The translations under genes and the position numbers were made by a program. This document shows, one piece after another, positions 20,273 through 32,931 of a DNA stretch of 64,000 bases. The notes beneath the pieces were generated by a model, which had not been told where the DNA came from, made no database searches, and saw nothing but the letters and a program-made list of their open reading frames with translations. Position 1 is the stretch's first letter; each line of letters begins with the position of its first letter. Source of the stretch: Bacillota bacterium (GTDB taxonomy: Bacteria > Bacillota > Clostridia > Christensenellales > CAG-917); assembly GCA_023665365.1 (NCBI GenBank), contig JAMPEA010000007.1, forward strand, positions 4,516-68,515, in the 5' to 3' direction.

Positions 20273-20282
20273 GAGGTGAATT

Positions 20283-21635
20283 ATGGACAACAATGTTATG
20301 ACTCCTAAGCAAATCGTCGCCGAGCTCGACAGATTTATCATCGGTCAGCACGACGCAAAGGTCGCCGTGGCAATCGCGCTTCGCAACCGCTATCGCCGCA
20401 GTAAACTCTCAGAGGAAATGAGAGAGGAAATCACTCCCAAAAATATCATTATGAAAGGACCTACCGGCGTAGGTAAAACCGAAATCGCCCGCAGGCTCGC
20501 AAAAATCGTGAAAGCTCCTTTCGTCAAGGTCGAAGCCACCAAATTTACAGAGGTCGGCTACGTCGGCAGAGACGTAGAAAGCATCATAAGAGATTTGGTC
20601 GAAGCGTCAATCCGTCTCGTGCGTGACGAGAAATATAAGGAAGTCCTGCCTCGCGCGACCGAAATCGCCGAGACCGAGCTTGCAAAAATCATTCTTCCAA
20701 TGCGCAAATCCGCTATGAACCCCGAGGATAACGACAAGAGCGACGCGGAGCTCAACGAGGAAATCATCAGCGAGATTAAAGCTGGGCATCTCGATACGCT
20801 AAACGTGGAGATGAAGATGGCGCAACAAGCTCGCCCGATACAAATCCCAATCGGCGTCGGCGCGGACAACTCCATAAATCTCGGCAACATATTCGACAGC
20901 ATGAAAAACAGCTTGGGCGGCGCGCCTGTCAAAAAGCGCAAAGTCACCGTCAAGCAGGCTATGGATATGATTATAGCAAAGGAGTCCGAAAAGATGGTTG
21001 ACGAGGACGCTATCGTCACCGAGGCTTTGCAACGCGCCGAACAGGACGGCGTGGTGTTTCTCGACGAGATAGACAAAATCGCAAATAACAACGGCGGAAT
21101 GCAACAGGGACACGACGTCTCCCGCGAGGGCGTACAGCGCGATATTCTGCCTATCGTCGAGGGTAGCACGGTGCAGACTAAGCACGGCGCAATCCGCACG
21201 GATTTCATTCTCTTTATCGCCGCAGGCGCGTTTCATATCTCGCGCATGGAGGATTTAATCCCCGAGCTTCAAGGCAGATTCCCAATCCGCGTGGAGCTTG
21301 ACAACCTCACCAAAGAGGATTTCGTCAAGATTTTGACCGAGCCCGATAACGCCGTCCTTAAACAGTATAAGGAATTGCTTGCCGTTGACGGCGTGGAACT
21401 CGTTTTCTCGGACGACGCCATCGAGGAAATCGCGCACGTCGCGTTTGAGGAAAACGAAAACAGCGAAAATCTCGGCGCGCGTCGTTTGCACGCGGTTCTC
21501 GAAGCACTGCTCAAAGATATTCTCTACGAGGCGGACGACAACACGACGAAGAAAATCTCCGTCGATAAGGCTTACGTCGAAAAGCATCTCTCCTCAACGC
21601 TTAAAGAGCGCAATTTGAGAAGATATATCATCTAA
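20283..21635 (+). CDS. hslU: ATP-dependent protease ATPase subunit HslU
   Basis: Motifs MTPKQIVAELDRFIIGQ, GPTGVGKTEIARRLA, VFLDEIDKI and GARRLH. Confidence 0.95.
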   Translation: MDNNVMTPKQIVAELDRFIIGQHDAKVAVAIALRNRYRRSKLSEEMREEITPKNIIMKGPTGVGKTEIARRLAKIVKAPFVKVEATKFTEVGYVGRDVESIIRDLVEASIRLVRDEKYKEVLPRATEIAETELAKIILPMRKSAMNPEDNDKSDAELNEEIISEIKAGHLDTLNVEMKMAQQARPIQIPIGVGADNSINLGNIFDSMKNSLGGAPVKKRKVTVKQAMDMIIAKESEKMVDEDAIVTEALQRAEQDGVVFLDEIDKIANNNGGMQQGHDVSREGVQRDILPIVEGSTVQTKHGAIRTDFILFIAAGAFHISRMEDLIPELQGRFPIRVELDNLTKEDFVKILTEPDNAVLKQYKELLAVDGVELVFSDDAIEEIAHVAFEENENSENLGARRLHAVLEALLKDILYEADDNTTKKISVDKAYVEKHLSSTLKERNLRRYII

Positions 21636-21659
21636 AATAAAATCGCAACAAGAGGGTCT

Positions 21660-22907
21660 ATGATAAATATTCCGAAAGGCACAAAGGATATGTTGCCGCA
21701 GGACGCCTATAAGTGGCACTACGTCGAAAGCGTCGCGCGTAAAACGGCGGCGAAGTTTGGTTTTAAAGAAATCCGCACGCCTATGTTTGAGCATACCGAG
21801 CTGTTTTTGCGCGGGGTCGGCGAAACTACCGACATCGTGACTAAGGAAATGTATACCTTCGATGACAAGGGCGGCAGAAGCATGACGCTTCGCCCCGAGG
21901 GTACGGCAGGCGTAGCGCGTTGCTTTGTGGAAAACGGGCTTTTTCAAGGCGTTATGCCTATGAAAGCGTACTATATCGCGTCGGTGTTCAGATACGAAAA
22001 ACCGCAAAACGGCAGACTGCGCGAGCATCATCAGTTCGGGGTCGAGTGCTACGGAAGCGACAGCCCCTACGCAGATGCCGAGGTCATCGCGCTTGCTTCC
22101 TCTTTTCTTAGAGAGGTCGGGCTTAACAGCCTCGAACTCAATATAAACAGCATCGGCTGTCCGAAGTGCAGAGCGGAATACAACGCCGCGCTAAAAGCGT
22201 ATATCGGCGAAAATTTGCACAATATGTGCGCGCAGTGCCGCGATAGATTTGACAAAAACCCCTTGCGCATACTCGACTGCAAAGAGGAAAAGTGCAAGGC
22301 TATTTGCGCGCTCGCGCCCAAAATAACCGATTATCTTTGCGAGGATTGCAAGGCGCACTTTGAAAAGGTGCAAGAGTTGCTTGCGCTTCAAGGCATACCT
22401 TATAAGGTGAACTCCGGCATAGTGCGCGGACTTGACTACTACACCCGCACGGTGTTCGAGTTTGTGTCAACCGATATAGGCGCGCAGGGCACGGTGTGCG
22501 GAGGCGGTCGTTACAATAACCTCGTCGAAGAGGTCGGCGGAAAACCCACTCCCGCAGTAGGTTTCGGATTGGGACTTGAAAGGCTTCTCCTCGTGCTTGA
22601 AAATTTAAATAAACTGTCTGCGCCAAAGGAGTGTACTGATTTATATATTCTGCCTGTCGGCGACTCCGCCAAGTATTTTGCGCTCGGGCTTGCTTCAAGG
22701 CTCAGAGCAGAGGGCATAAGCGTGGAAACGGATATTATGGACAGGGGAGTCAAGGCGCAGATGAAGTACGCCGACAAGTCGGGCGCGCGCTTTGTCAGCG
22801 TCATCGGCGACGATGAGATAAACTCGCATACCGTGCGCGTAAAGGATATGAGGGACGGCAAAGAATACGAGTGCGACTTCGATAACGTTGCGGACATAGT
22901 GCGATGA
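21660..22907 (+). CDS. hisS: histidine--tRNA ligase
   Basis: Class II motifs: GTKDMLP, LRPEGTAGVAR, FRYEKPQNGRLREHHQFG and GGGRYNNL. Confidence 0.95.
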   Translation: MINIPKGTKDMLPQDAYKWHYVESVARKTAAKFGFKEIRTPMFEHTELFLRGVGETTDIVTKEMYTFDDKGGRSMTLRPEGTAGVARCFVENGLFQGVMPMKAYYIASVFRYEKPQNGRLREHHQFGVECYGSDSPYADAEVIALASSFLREVGLNSLELNINSIGCPKCRAEYNAALKAYIGENLHNMCAQCRDRFDKNPLRILDCKEEKCKAICALAPKITDYLCEDCKAHFEKVQELLALQGIPYKVNSGIVRGLDYYTRTVFEFVSTDIGAQGTVCGGGRYNNLVEEVGGKPTPAVGFGLGLERLLLVLENLNKLSAPKECTDLYILPVGDSAKYFALGLASRLRAEGISVETDIMDRGVKAQMKYADKSGARFVSVIGDDEINSHTVRVKDMRDGKEYECDFDNVADIVR

Positions 22908-23362
22908 CTGAAATAGGCAAGATTGTAAAAGTCAAAGACGGCGTTGCCTTAGTTAGGTTTTTCCGCAAAGGCGAGTGCGACAGATGCCTGATGTGTTCGA
23001 CGACAAAGGACGGCTCGCAGACGGAACTTTCCCTCAAAAACACGCTCGACCTCAACGTCGGAGACTACGTTAAGGTCGAAGTCTATAAAAAGAAAAATTA
23101 CGTCATGTCGATATTGGTTTACGCGCTTCCGCTGCTACTTGCGGCGCTCGGCGCGGGGCTCGGCTCGCTTGCGGGCTTAGCCACGAGTATATTGCTTGGC
23201 ATAGCGGGCATAGTAGTGGGACTGGCGTTTGCGTTGCCGATAGATATATGCGTACTGCGCAAAAACGGCGCGCCGAAAATGATAGAGGTTTCAAGAGAAA
23301 TCGACTATCTAAACGCAAAACCTAAGCAAGATAGCAAAAACGACAATGAAGGTGAAAATTAA
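22904..23362 (+). CDS. RseC/MucC family (SoxR-reducing system) membrane protein
   Basis: The N-terminus has a Cys pair in VRFFRKGECDRCLMC, followed by two TM helices. There is an ATGA overlap with hisS. Confidence 0.55.
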   Translation: MTEIGKIVKVKDGVALVRFFRKGECDRCLMCSTTKDGSQTELSLKNTLDLNVGDYVKVEVYKKKNYVMSILVYALPLLLAALGAGLGSLAGLATSILLGIAGIVVGLAFALPIDICVLRKNGAPKMIEVSREIDYLNAKPKQDSKNDNEGEN

Positions 23363-23400
23363 AGTACATATTAAATCGTCGAAAGGCAAAAGGAGTTTGT

Positions 23401-23712
23401 ATGGAATTGATTTTGACAAGCGATAATTTCGATGCGACGGTGAGTCACGGCGTTTCTCTCGTGGATTTTTGGGCTACTTGGTGCGGTCCTTGCAAGATGC
23501 TTGCGCCGACTGTCGAGGAGCTTGCGCAAGAGTACGCGGGCAAGGCGCAAATTTGTAAGGTTGACGTGGACGAATATCCCAAACTTGCCGAAAAATTTGC
23601 GATATATTCTATCCCGACTATGCTGATATTCAAAGACGGCGAACTCGTTGACAGAATGACGGGCTTTCGCGCAAAAAGCCAAATCACCGAAATTTTGGAT
23701 AAATATATTTGA
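23401..23712 (+). CDS. trxA: thioredoxin
   Basis: WATWCGPCK active site, 103 aa, SD AAAGGAG. Confidence 0.95.
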   Translation: MELILTSDNFDATVSHGVSLVDFWATWCGPCKMLAPTVEELAQEYAGKAQICKVDVDEYPKLAEKFAIYSIPTMLIFKDGELVDRMTGFRAKSQITEILDKYI

Positions 23713-23744
23713 TAAAGTACGACTTTCTATTCTGCGCGTTTCTT

Positions 23745-23773
23745 TGACAAATTCCGCGCGAATTGATAGTATA
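23745..23773 (+). promoter_or_regulatory. glyA promoter
   Basis: TTGACA (23745-23750), 17 nt, TAGTAT (23768-23773). The spacer contains the near-palindrome AATTCCGCGCGAATT. Confidence 0.55.
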
Positions 23774-23832
23774 TAAAAGGTGCTTAGCCGCATCTTTATG
23801 CACAGCCGAAAACAAATTTTAGGAGAAATAAA

Positions 23833-25086
23833 ATGGTCGATCTAAAAGTCATCAAAGCCGCCGACGAGGAGCTTTATGCCTCGATGGTGGACGAACTTCA
23901 CCGCCAACAGTACAACTTAGAGCTTATTGCAAGCGAAAACGTCGTCAGTCCCGCAGTGCTTGCTGCGGCAGGCAGTTTTTATACCAATAAGTATGCCGAA
24001 GGCTATCCCGGCAGACGCTACTATGGCGGTTGTCAATTTGTAGACAAGGCGGAAGAACTCGCAATAGAGCGCGCAAAGGAACTGTTTGGCGCAAAGTACG
24101 CAAACGTACAGGCGCACAGCGGCTCGAATGCAAACTTCACCGCGTATTACAGCCTCTTGAAGCCTGGCGATTCCATACTCGGAATGGGGCTTGACGCAGG
24201 CGGACACCTCACTCACGGCGCAAAGGTCAGCCAGAGCGGAAAGGTTTTCAACTCAGTTTCTTACGGCGTAAACGACGAGGGCTTTATAGACTACGACGAC
24301 GTTTTGAGGATTGCCAAAGAGTGCCAACCTAAACTCATAGTGGCGGGTGCAAGCGCGTATCCTCGCGCAATCGACTTCAAGCGTTTCCGCGAAATTGCCG
24401 ACGAAGTAGGCGCGTATCTTATGGTGGATATGGCGCATATCGCGGGTCTCGTTGCGGCGGGCGAGCATGAAAGCCCTATGCCTTATGCGCATATAGTCAC
24501 CTCAACGACGCACAAGACGTTGAGAGGTCCTCGCGGAGGTCTTATCCTCACCAACGACGAGGAAATCGCAAAACTCGTGGACAAGACGATTTTCCCCGGC
24601 ACGCAGGGCGGTCCGCTTATGCACATAGTAGCGGCAAAAGCCGTGGCGTTTAAAGAGGCGTTGACGCCCGAGTTTAAAGAGTATCAGCATCAAGTAGTGC
24701 TAAACGCAAAGGCGCTTGCAAAAAAACTCATCGAGCGCGGCGTCAATATCATAAGCGGCGGCACGGACAATCACCTTATGCTTGTTAACCTCATAGGAAG
24801 CGGAGTGACAGGCAAAGGGCTTGAAATTCTGCTTGACGCGGCGCATATCACGCTAAACAAAAACGCCATTCCCAACGACCCGCAAAAGCCGTCGATAACG
24901 AGCGGCGTTCGCATCGGCACTCCCGCCGTCACTACGCGCGGAATGAAAGAGACCGAAATGGCTATTATCGGCGATTGCATTGCGGACGTTATTCAACGAA
25001 AGGAAGATGCGGTCGAAAGCGTAAAGGCAAAAGTCATCGAACTTTGCAAAAAGTTCCCGATTTACGAAAACGACGTGATTATGTAA
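23833..25086 (+). CDS. glyA: serine hydroxymethyltransferase
   Basis: Motifs [19 protein letters not shown] and [14 protein letters not shown] (PLP lysine). Confidence 0.97.
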   Translation: MVDLKVIKAADEELYASMVDELHRQQYNLELIASENVVSPAVLAAAGSFYTNKYAEGYPGRRYYGGCQFVDKAEELAIERAKELFGAKYANVQAHSGSNANFTAYYSLLKPGDSILGMGLDAGGHLTHGAKVSQSGKVFNSVSYGVNDEGFIDYDDVLRIAKECQPKLIVAGASAYPRAIDFKRFREIADEVGAYLMVDMAHIAGLVAAGEHESPMPYAHIVTSTTHKTLRGPRGGLILTNDEEIAKLVDKTIFPGTQGGPLMHIVAAKAVAFKEALTPEFKEYQHQVVLNAKALAKKLIERGVNIISGGTDNHLMLVNLIGSGVTGKGLEILLDAAHITLNKNAIPNDPQKPSITSGVRIGTPAVTTRGMKETEMAIIGDCIADVIQRKEDAVESVKAKVIELCKKFPIYENDVIM

Positions 25087-25116
25087 GCTACATATTTAAG
25101 CGAATTGAAATGCATA

Positions 25117-25158
25117 CGAAAAAAAATATCGCATTAAACGTGCGATATTTTTCGTTTA
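25117..25158. terminator. bidirectional terminator after glyA
   Basis: AAAAATATCGCA-ttaaacg-TGCGATATTTTT between convergent genes. Confidence 0.8.
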
Positions 25159-25187
25159 AAAAATGTCAGTTATTTTATATATAAACT

Positions 25188-25781
25188 TTAAAGCAATTCG
25201 TATTTTTTTGCCATATACAATTTGTTAAGCAAACAAACGAGCGTATATCCGGCAAACAAAATAGGGGAATATTTATCGTGTGGCGCATATGATTTTGTGT
25301 AGTTAGACTGCCTGTTTTTTACGTTTTCATCGTATAAATCCGCCGCATTGTCAACGCGGTCGTCATCGCCTTTCAAATTGTTTTTATCCGCGTCGGACAC
25401 TGCGTTTTTAAGTTTTTGTTTGAAATTGTCGTCTTTGTTTGCGTTTGCGACCTGCGCGGGTTTCGACATCATATTTAAAAGCATAGGCATGAGGTTTGAC
25501 ATCATATCGCCGTTTCCGCCTTTGCCGCCCATCGAGTCGAAAATTGCCGAGAGCGGATTTGCAGAAGCGGATTTTTTTTCGCCGTCGAGATTTACGCGCT
25601 TGCCGAGCCCGTTTTGCATTGCGAACACCGATTGCGATTGACCTTGCGAATCGGACGCATTTTTATATGACCTATCGTCGCCGCTATCCGCGTTTTCGCG
25701 CGGCTTTTGAGCGCCGAGAAGCTGTATGAGGGTGTTCAACATATTAGAATCAAAATTCATATTCCACCTTGTCACACTCAT
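25188..25781 (-). CDS. hypothetical protein, N/D/K/G/M-rich with a hydrophobic C-terminal tail
   Basis: The ORF has a GAGGG SD 6 nt before ATG 25781. An alternative ATG at 25760 follows AGGTGG. I recognise no domain. The C-terminus reads ILFAGYTLVCLLNKL. Confidence 0.45.
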   Translation of the reverse strand: MSVTRWNMNFDSNMLNTLIQLLGAQKPRENADSGDDRSYKNASDSQGQSQSVFAMQNGLGKRVNLDGEKKSASANPLSAIFDSMGGKGGNGDMMSNLMPMLLNMMSKPAQVANANKDDNFKQKLKNAVSDADKNNLKGDDDRVDNAADLYDENVKNRQSNYTKSYAPHDKYSPILFAGYTLVCLLNKLYMAKKYELL

Positions 25782-25818
25782 AATATGCCCTCATATATTG
25801 AATGTGACGGAGGAACGT

Positions 25819-26118
25819 ATGAATTTTTGGGAGCGCGGCAATTTCAATTCGCAAAACGATACGCATAAAAACGCGGGCAACGGCGGGTGCGGACGCAATG
25901 ACAATCTCGAAGTCGACGTGCGAAATAAGTTCGAGCAGTACAGGAATAAGAGCGAGGATCAGCTTTTAAGCGAACTGGCCTCCACCGTCGCGCGTATGAA
26001 AAAGGACGGGTCGTTCGACGTTGCGTCAATGGAAAACCTGTATAACACCGCGTCGCCGTTTTTGAACGATATGCAAAGACAGCGCATGCGCGCGATTATC
26101 GATACGTTTAAGGATTGA
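25819..26118 (+). CDS. hypothetical small protein (99 aa) translationally linked to the downstream subtilase
   Basis: ATG 25819 is preceded by GGAGGAA. Its stop TGA at 26116-26118 lies 2 nt before the subtilase ATG. I recognise no domain. Confidence 0.5.
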   Translation: MNFWERGNFNSQNDTHKNAGNGGCGRNDNLEVDVRNKFEQYRNKSEDQLLSELASTVARMKKDGSFDVASMENLYNTASPFLNDMQRQRMRAIIDTFKD

Positions 26119-26120
26119 TT

Positions 26121-27236
26121 ATGGATAAGCTCGACAAAAGCATTATAGATATGATGCGCGCCGAACGCAAGTTCGACGGAAATCTCGTGAATATACTCGG
26201 AGTAAACGAAAGCGCCTATGCGATTGTACGCGTGCGAAATCCGTTGCACTTCGGCATATTGGAGCGCAACTTCGAGGTGAGCGCTATATATCCTTTTATA
26301 CGGTCGGTTGGCATAAAGTGCGGGCTTAAAGACGCTATAAAACTCGAACGAATGCAAGAGGTCGAATACGTCTCGGCGCAAAGCAAAGTATTTGCGTTAA
26401 ACGACGAAAACGACTCATTAGATAGCCGAAATATATCGTCGATGTTGTCGCTTGCTACCGACCTCGACGGCGACGGCGTGACAATGTGCGTGATGGATAC
26501 GGGAGTTTGTCCGCATAGCGATTTATCCATTCCGCGCGAGCGCATAGTGCACTTTGTGGATATGATAGACGGGGATAACGAGCCATACGACGACAACGGT
26601 CACGGCACGTTCGTAGCGGGCGTTGCTTGCGGCAACGGCACGCTGTCGGGAGGGAAGATACGCGGAGTTGCGCCGCGTGCGAACGTCGTAGGCGTGAAAG
26701 TCATAGGAGCAAACGGCGAAAGCGGAACTTTCAAAATACTCGACGGAATGCAGTGGCTGTTCGATAATTTCAGACAGTATGGAATAAAAGTCGTGTGTAT
26801 GAGCTTCGGCGCGGAACCTCAAAGCTATGCCGACCCTCTCAAAATCGGGGTTGAAATGCTTGCGCGAAGCGGACTTACGGTCGTTGCCGCGTCGGGAAAC
26901 AGCGGTGAGAACTCGCTGAAATCGCCTGCAATAAGCAACGAGGTCATCGCGGTTGGGGCGGTGGACAGCGACAATATCCTCGCGCCGTTTACGTCGAGGG
27001 GAATATATCAGGGCGCAATCCGTCCCGACGTGTTTTCGGACGGCGTAAACGTCAAGGGCATAAGCGCGGGAGGCACATATTCCACGATGACGGGCACGTC
27101 CGCCGCCGCGCCGTACGTGGCGGGAGCTTGCTGTCTGCTATGTCAAAAATATCGCAATATCACGCCGCGCCAAATCAAACGTGCGATAATCGCCGGCGCA
27201 AAGGATATTGACGGAAATAAGATTTTCAGACTTTGA
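26121..27236 (+). CDS. S8 subtilisin-like serine peptidase with an I9-like propeptide and no signal peptide
   Basis: Triad motifs CVMDTGV, HGTFVAGVA and GTSAAAPYVAG. The N-terminal ~100 aa are propeptide-like. ATG 26121 follows AAGGA; TTG 26115 is also possible. Confidence 0.85.
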   Translation: MDKLDKSIIDMMRAERKFDGNLVNILGVNESAYAIVRVRNPLHFGILERNFEVSAIYPFIRSVGIKCGLKDAIKLERMQEVEYVSAQSKVFALNDENDSLDSRNISSMLSLATDLDGDGVTMCVMDTGVCPHSDLSIPRERIVHFVDMIDGDNEPYDDNGHGTFVAGVACGNGTLSGGKIRGVAPRANVVGVKVIGANGESGTFKILDGMQWLFDNFRQYGIKVVCMSFGAEPQSYADPLKIGVEMLARSGLTVVAASGNSGENSLKSPAISNEVIAVGAVDSDNILAPFTSRGIYQGAIRPDVFSDGVNVKGISAGGTYSTMTGTSAAAPYVAGACCLLCQKYRNITPRQIKRAIIAGAKDIDGNKIFRL

Positions 27237-28350
27237 GTTTCCTTTTGAGTTTTTCGATGACGCTTGAAAAGTACTGCACGTCTTTCATCGCGGTTTCTAC
27301 GCCTATGCTCACTCGCACCGCGCCTTGACTTTCAGTGCCGAGCGCTTTATGTACGAGAGGGGCGCAATGGAGTCCGCTTCGCACCGCTATACCTTGCTCG
27401 TTCAGTAGCTCCGCGACGTAGGCGCTGTCGGCGTTTCCCATATTAAAAGCTACGACGCCCGTAACGGTCTCGTCCGTGTAGAGGGTGCATCCTGCGGATT
27501 TTAGGTTGTAAAGCAAGGTCGAAGTCAGTTGATTGTAGTTTTTTATAGTCGTATCCAAGTGATTGAACGACCACTTTGCGCCTTCGTACAGCGCGGAAAT
27601 TCCGCCCGCAAACAGCGTGCCCGCTTCGTATCCGTCGGGAGCTTGCAAGGGCTGATAAACGCTTGACGAGTACGTCCCCGTGCCACCGAAAAGAATTGGG
27701 CGAAGTTTAATATCGCTTTTGAAAATTAAAAAGCCGCTTCCTTGAATTCCGTGAAGTCCTTTGTGTCCTGCGCAGGCGAACATATCTATGCCGCACTCTT
27801 TCATATTCGTTTGCAAAATAGGGACGCTTTGCGCGCCGTCTACGATGAGCAGGGCGTTATTCGCTTTTGCGATTTTCCCGACCTCGTATAAATCCACCGT
27901 TGCGCCCGTCACGTTGCACGCGCCGCCTATCACGATTACGTCGGCGTTTGCGGCTCTCCTGTTAAGCGCCGACAAATCAATCTTTTTCCCGTGCGTATCG
28001 AGAACGTCGAGGGTTATTTTGCCTTGCCTTTCAAGTTCGTAGAGGGGACGTAAGACAGAGTTGTGCTCGTTGCTTGTTGTTAGCACTCGCTCGCCGCCTT
28101 TTATCCCTCCGAATATGGCGAGATTCAAAGCCTCGGTGCAGTTTTTGGTGAATACTGCCTCGTAGTCGTCCTCTGCGCCGAGCGCGGATTTGAGATAGTA
28201 TCTGCAATTTTCTATGCGTATGCCTGCGCTTACTGCGTCGGTATATCCGCCGCGTCCGCTGTTGACGGAGTTTCTGAGGTCGAAATTTATAGCGTCGATG
28301 ACTCCTTGCGGTTTGAAGCGCGAAGTCGCCGCATTGTCGAGATATAGCAT
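27226..28350 (-). CDS. class V aminotransferase-fold cysteine desulfurase family protein
   Basis: MLYLDNAATS, PLP-lysine motif ACAGHKGLHGIQGSG, and RSGLHCAP near the C-terminus. SD is AAGGAG. The 3' end overlaps the convergent subtilase gene by 11 nt. Confidence 0.8.
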   Translation of the reverse strand: MLYLDNAATSRFKPQGVIDAINFDLRNSVNSGRGGYTDAVSAGIRIENCRYYLKSALGAEDDYEAVFTKNCTEALNLAIFGGIKGGERVLTTSNEHNSVLRPLYELERQGKITLDVLDTHGKKIDLSALNRRAANADVIVIGGACNVTGATVDLYEVGKIAKANNALLIVDGAQSVPILQTNMKECGIDMFACAGHKGLHGIQGSGFLIFKSDIKLRPILFGGTGTYSSSVYQPLQAPDGYEAGTLFAGGISALYEGAKWSFNHLDTTIKNYNQLTSTLLYNLKSAGCTLYTDETVTGVVAFNMGNADSAYVAELLNEQGIAVRSGLHCAPLVHKALGTESQGAVRVSIGVETAMKDVQYFSSVIEKLKRKLKV

Positions 28351-28496
28351 GTAGTTCTCCTTTATACTCTTAGCCTAATCTATGCCGCCACTCACCAAAT
28401 ATGTGTGCGAGAATATACTAATCTTAGAGATAATATGTAAATAAAGAGGGAAATTCGTCAGATTTTTTGGAGCGCGTACATATAATTGGAGGTAAT

Positions 28497-28745
28497 ATGA
28501 GAGAGTTTTTTATAGCGTTCCGCTCGCGCTCGGAAGCAATAGCGTTTTACGAATCGCTGCTCGGATATAGGGTAGTATGCAAGATTATCAACACTCCGTC
28601 GTCGGCGAAGGTGGGTTGCGGACTGTCCGTCAAGCTGTTTGCCAAGGATATGCAACTCGCAAAGAGAGTGCTCGACAGAGGCAGATTCAACTCGGCGATA
28701 GGATTCTATTATTTTTCCGCTAACGGAAGCGCAATCAGGATATAA
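28497..28745 (+). CDS. DUF3343-like small protein (putative S/Se carrier-like fold)
   Basis: MREFFIAFRSRSEAIAFYESL...CGLSVKL pattern. GGAGG SD precedes ATG 28497. It lies beside a cysteine desulfurase. Confidence 0.5.
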   Translation: MREFFIAFRSRSEAIAFYESLLGYRVVCKIINTPSSAKVGCGLSVKLFAKDMQLAKRVLDRGRFNSAIGFYYFSANGSAIRI

Positions 28746-28802
28746 ACGTCCTTTATCCTTAAAATGTTTGCCAAATCCGAATTGCTGTGCGATAATGGCA
28801 GT

Positions 28803-29441
28803 ATGACGAAAGATAAATATATAGATATTTATAATTTGCTTGGCGAAATGCACAAAAACGCGGAATGCGAGCTGAATTTCGGCTCGCCTTTCGAATTGCT
28901 CGTAGCTGTGGTGCTCTCTGCGCAGTGCACCGATAAACGCGTAAATATGATTACTAAGGAGCTTTTTAAAGTAGCGTCCACGCCCGAGCAGTTTGTCGCT
29001 ATGCCGCAGGAGGAGCTTGAAAAGCGTATTTTTTCCTGCGGATTTTATCACAATAAGGCGAGGGCTATCAAGGAACTTAGCGCAAGTATAATCGAGCTCG
29101 GCGGAATGCCTACTACAAGAGAGGGGCTTATGCAACTGCGCGGAGTCGGCAGAAAGACAGCCAACGTCGTATATGCGGTCGCGTACGGCGGCAACGCGAT
29201 AGCAGTGGATACGCACGTCTTTCGCGTGGCTAACAGGCTTGGGATTGTCGAGGCGAAAACTCCCGAACAGACCGAGCAACAGCTTATGCAAAATTTCGAC
29301 GAGAACATCTGGGGGCATTTGCATCATCTGCTCATATTCCACGGCAGATATGTATGTCACTCGCGCACTCCCGATTGCGCCGTCTGCAACTTGAAAGAAC
29401 TTTGCAAGCATTATCAAACTAACGTCTCGGAGCATAAATAA
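28803..29441 (+). CDS. nth: endonuclease III
   Basis: HhH-GPD (LMQLRGVGRKTANVV), catalytic region VDTHVFRV, and C-terminal 4Fe-4S motif CHSRTPDCAVCNLKELC. Confidence 0.9.
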   Translation: MTKDKYIDIYNLLGEMHKNAECELNFGSPFELLVAVVLSAQCTDKRVNMITKELFKVASTPEQFVAMPQEELEKRIFSCGFYHNKARAIKELSASIIELGGMPTTREGLMQLRGVGRKTANVVYAVAYGGNAIAVDTHVFRVANRLGIVEAKTPEQTEQQLMQNFDENIWGHLHHLLIFHGRYVCHSRTPDCAVCNLKELCKHYQTNVSEHK

Positions 29442-29447
29442 TAGGAT

Positions 29448-30275
29448 ATGAAAAACTTTGAAATAGTATCTAAAAGACAACTCGCCGAAAACGTGCACGA
29501 GTATGAAATATACGCTCCGCTCGCAGTGAAACACTGTCTCGCGGGACAATTTATCATTTTGCGCACGGACGAGGACGGCGAGCGCGTTCCGTTTACAATC
29601 TGCGACTATTCGAGGGAAAACGGCACGGTTAAAATCCTCGTGCAGGAGATAGGCTATACTACGCTCAAACTCTCTGAGATGCAGGTCGGCGATACGCTTG
29701 CGGATTTCGTAGGACCGCTCGGAAATCCGACGGACCTTGCGCAGTATAACAGCGTGTGTCTCGTCGGCGGCGGCATAGGCACTGCCGTCATATATCCGCA
29801 GGCGAAACAGCTTTTTAAGGACGGAAAGTCCGTTGACGTTATCGTAGGCGCGCGCAATAAAGAGTTGCTCATGTATTTGGATGAGTTTTTAAAGACTTGC
29901 GACAATCTCTATCTCATCACCGACGACGGCTCAAACGGCAATAAGGGCTTCGTCACGGATATGCTTAGACGGCTCGCGGAGGGCGGAAAGAAATACGACT
30001 GCGTGTTTGCCGTCGGTCCGCTTCCTATGATGAGGGCGGTTTGCAATCTTACAAAGGAGCTTGGCATAAAGACGATTGTCAGTATGAACTCGCTTATGGT
30101 GGACGGAACCGGTATGTGCGGATGTTGCAGACTCACCGTCGGCGGCGAGATAAAGTACGCTTGCATAGACGGACCGGAGTTCGACGGTCACTGCGTGGAC
30201 TTCGAGGAGGCTATCTTGCGCAGTCGCACGTACAGGGAGCAGGAACAGGCTCACGTTTGCAATTTGAGAGGATAA
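29448..30275 (+). CDS. sulfide/dihydroorotate dehydrogenase-like FAD/NAD-binding subunit (NfnA-like)
   Basis: FNR-like fold (ERVPFTICDY, LVGGGIGTAVIYP) with a C-terminal 2Fe-2S motif CGCCRLTV...YACIDGPEF. Confidence 0.85.
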   Translation: MKNFEIVSKRQLAENVHEYEIYAPLAVKHCLAGQFIILRTDEDGERVPFTICDYSRENGTVKILVQEIGYTTLKLSEMQVGDTLADFVGPLGNPTDLAQYNSVCLVGGGIGTAVIYPQAKQLFKDGKSVDVIVGARNKELLMYLDEFLKTCDNLYLITDDGSNGNKGFVTDMLRRLAEGGKKYDCVFAVGPLPMMRAVCNLTKELGIKTIVSMNSLMVDGTGMCGCCRLTVGGEIKYACIDGPEFDGHCVDFEEAILRSRTYREQEQAHVCNLRG

Positions 30276-30278
30276 CCT

Positions 30279-32928
<2,650 letters not shown>

Positions 32929-32931
<3 letters not shown>

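Noticed and set aside
21636-21659. A possible T-box leader upstream of hisS.
   Set aside because: Only 24 nt separate hslU from hisS, so there is no room for a T-box. hisS appears to be co-transcribed with hslVU.
28458-29549. A 363-aa minus-strand ORF spanning the DUF3343-like gene, the spacer and nth.
   Set aside because: The plus strand encodes a complete endonuclease III with HhH-GPD and Fe-S motifs. The antisense ORF crosses an intergenic region and has no SD or domain.
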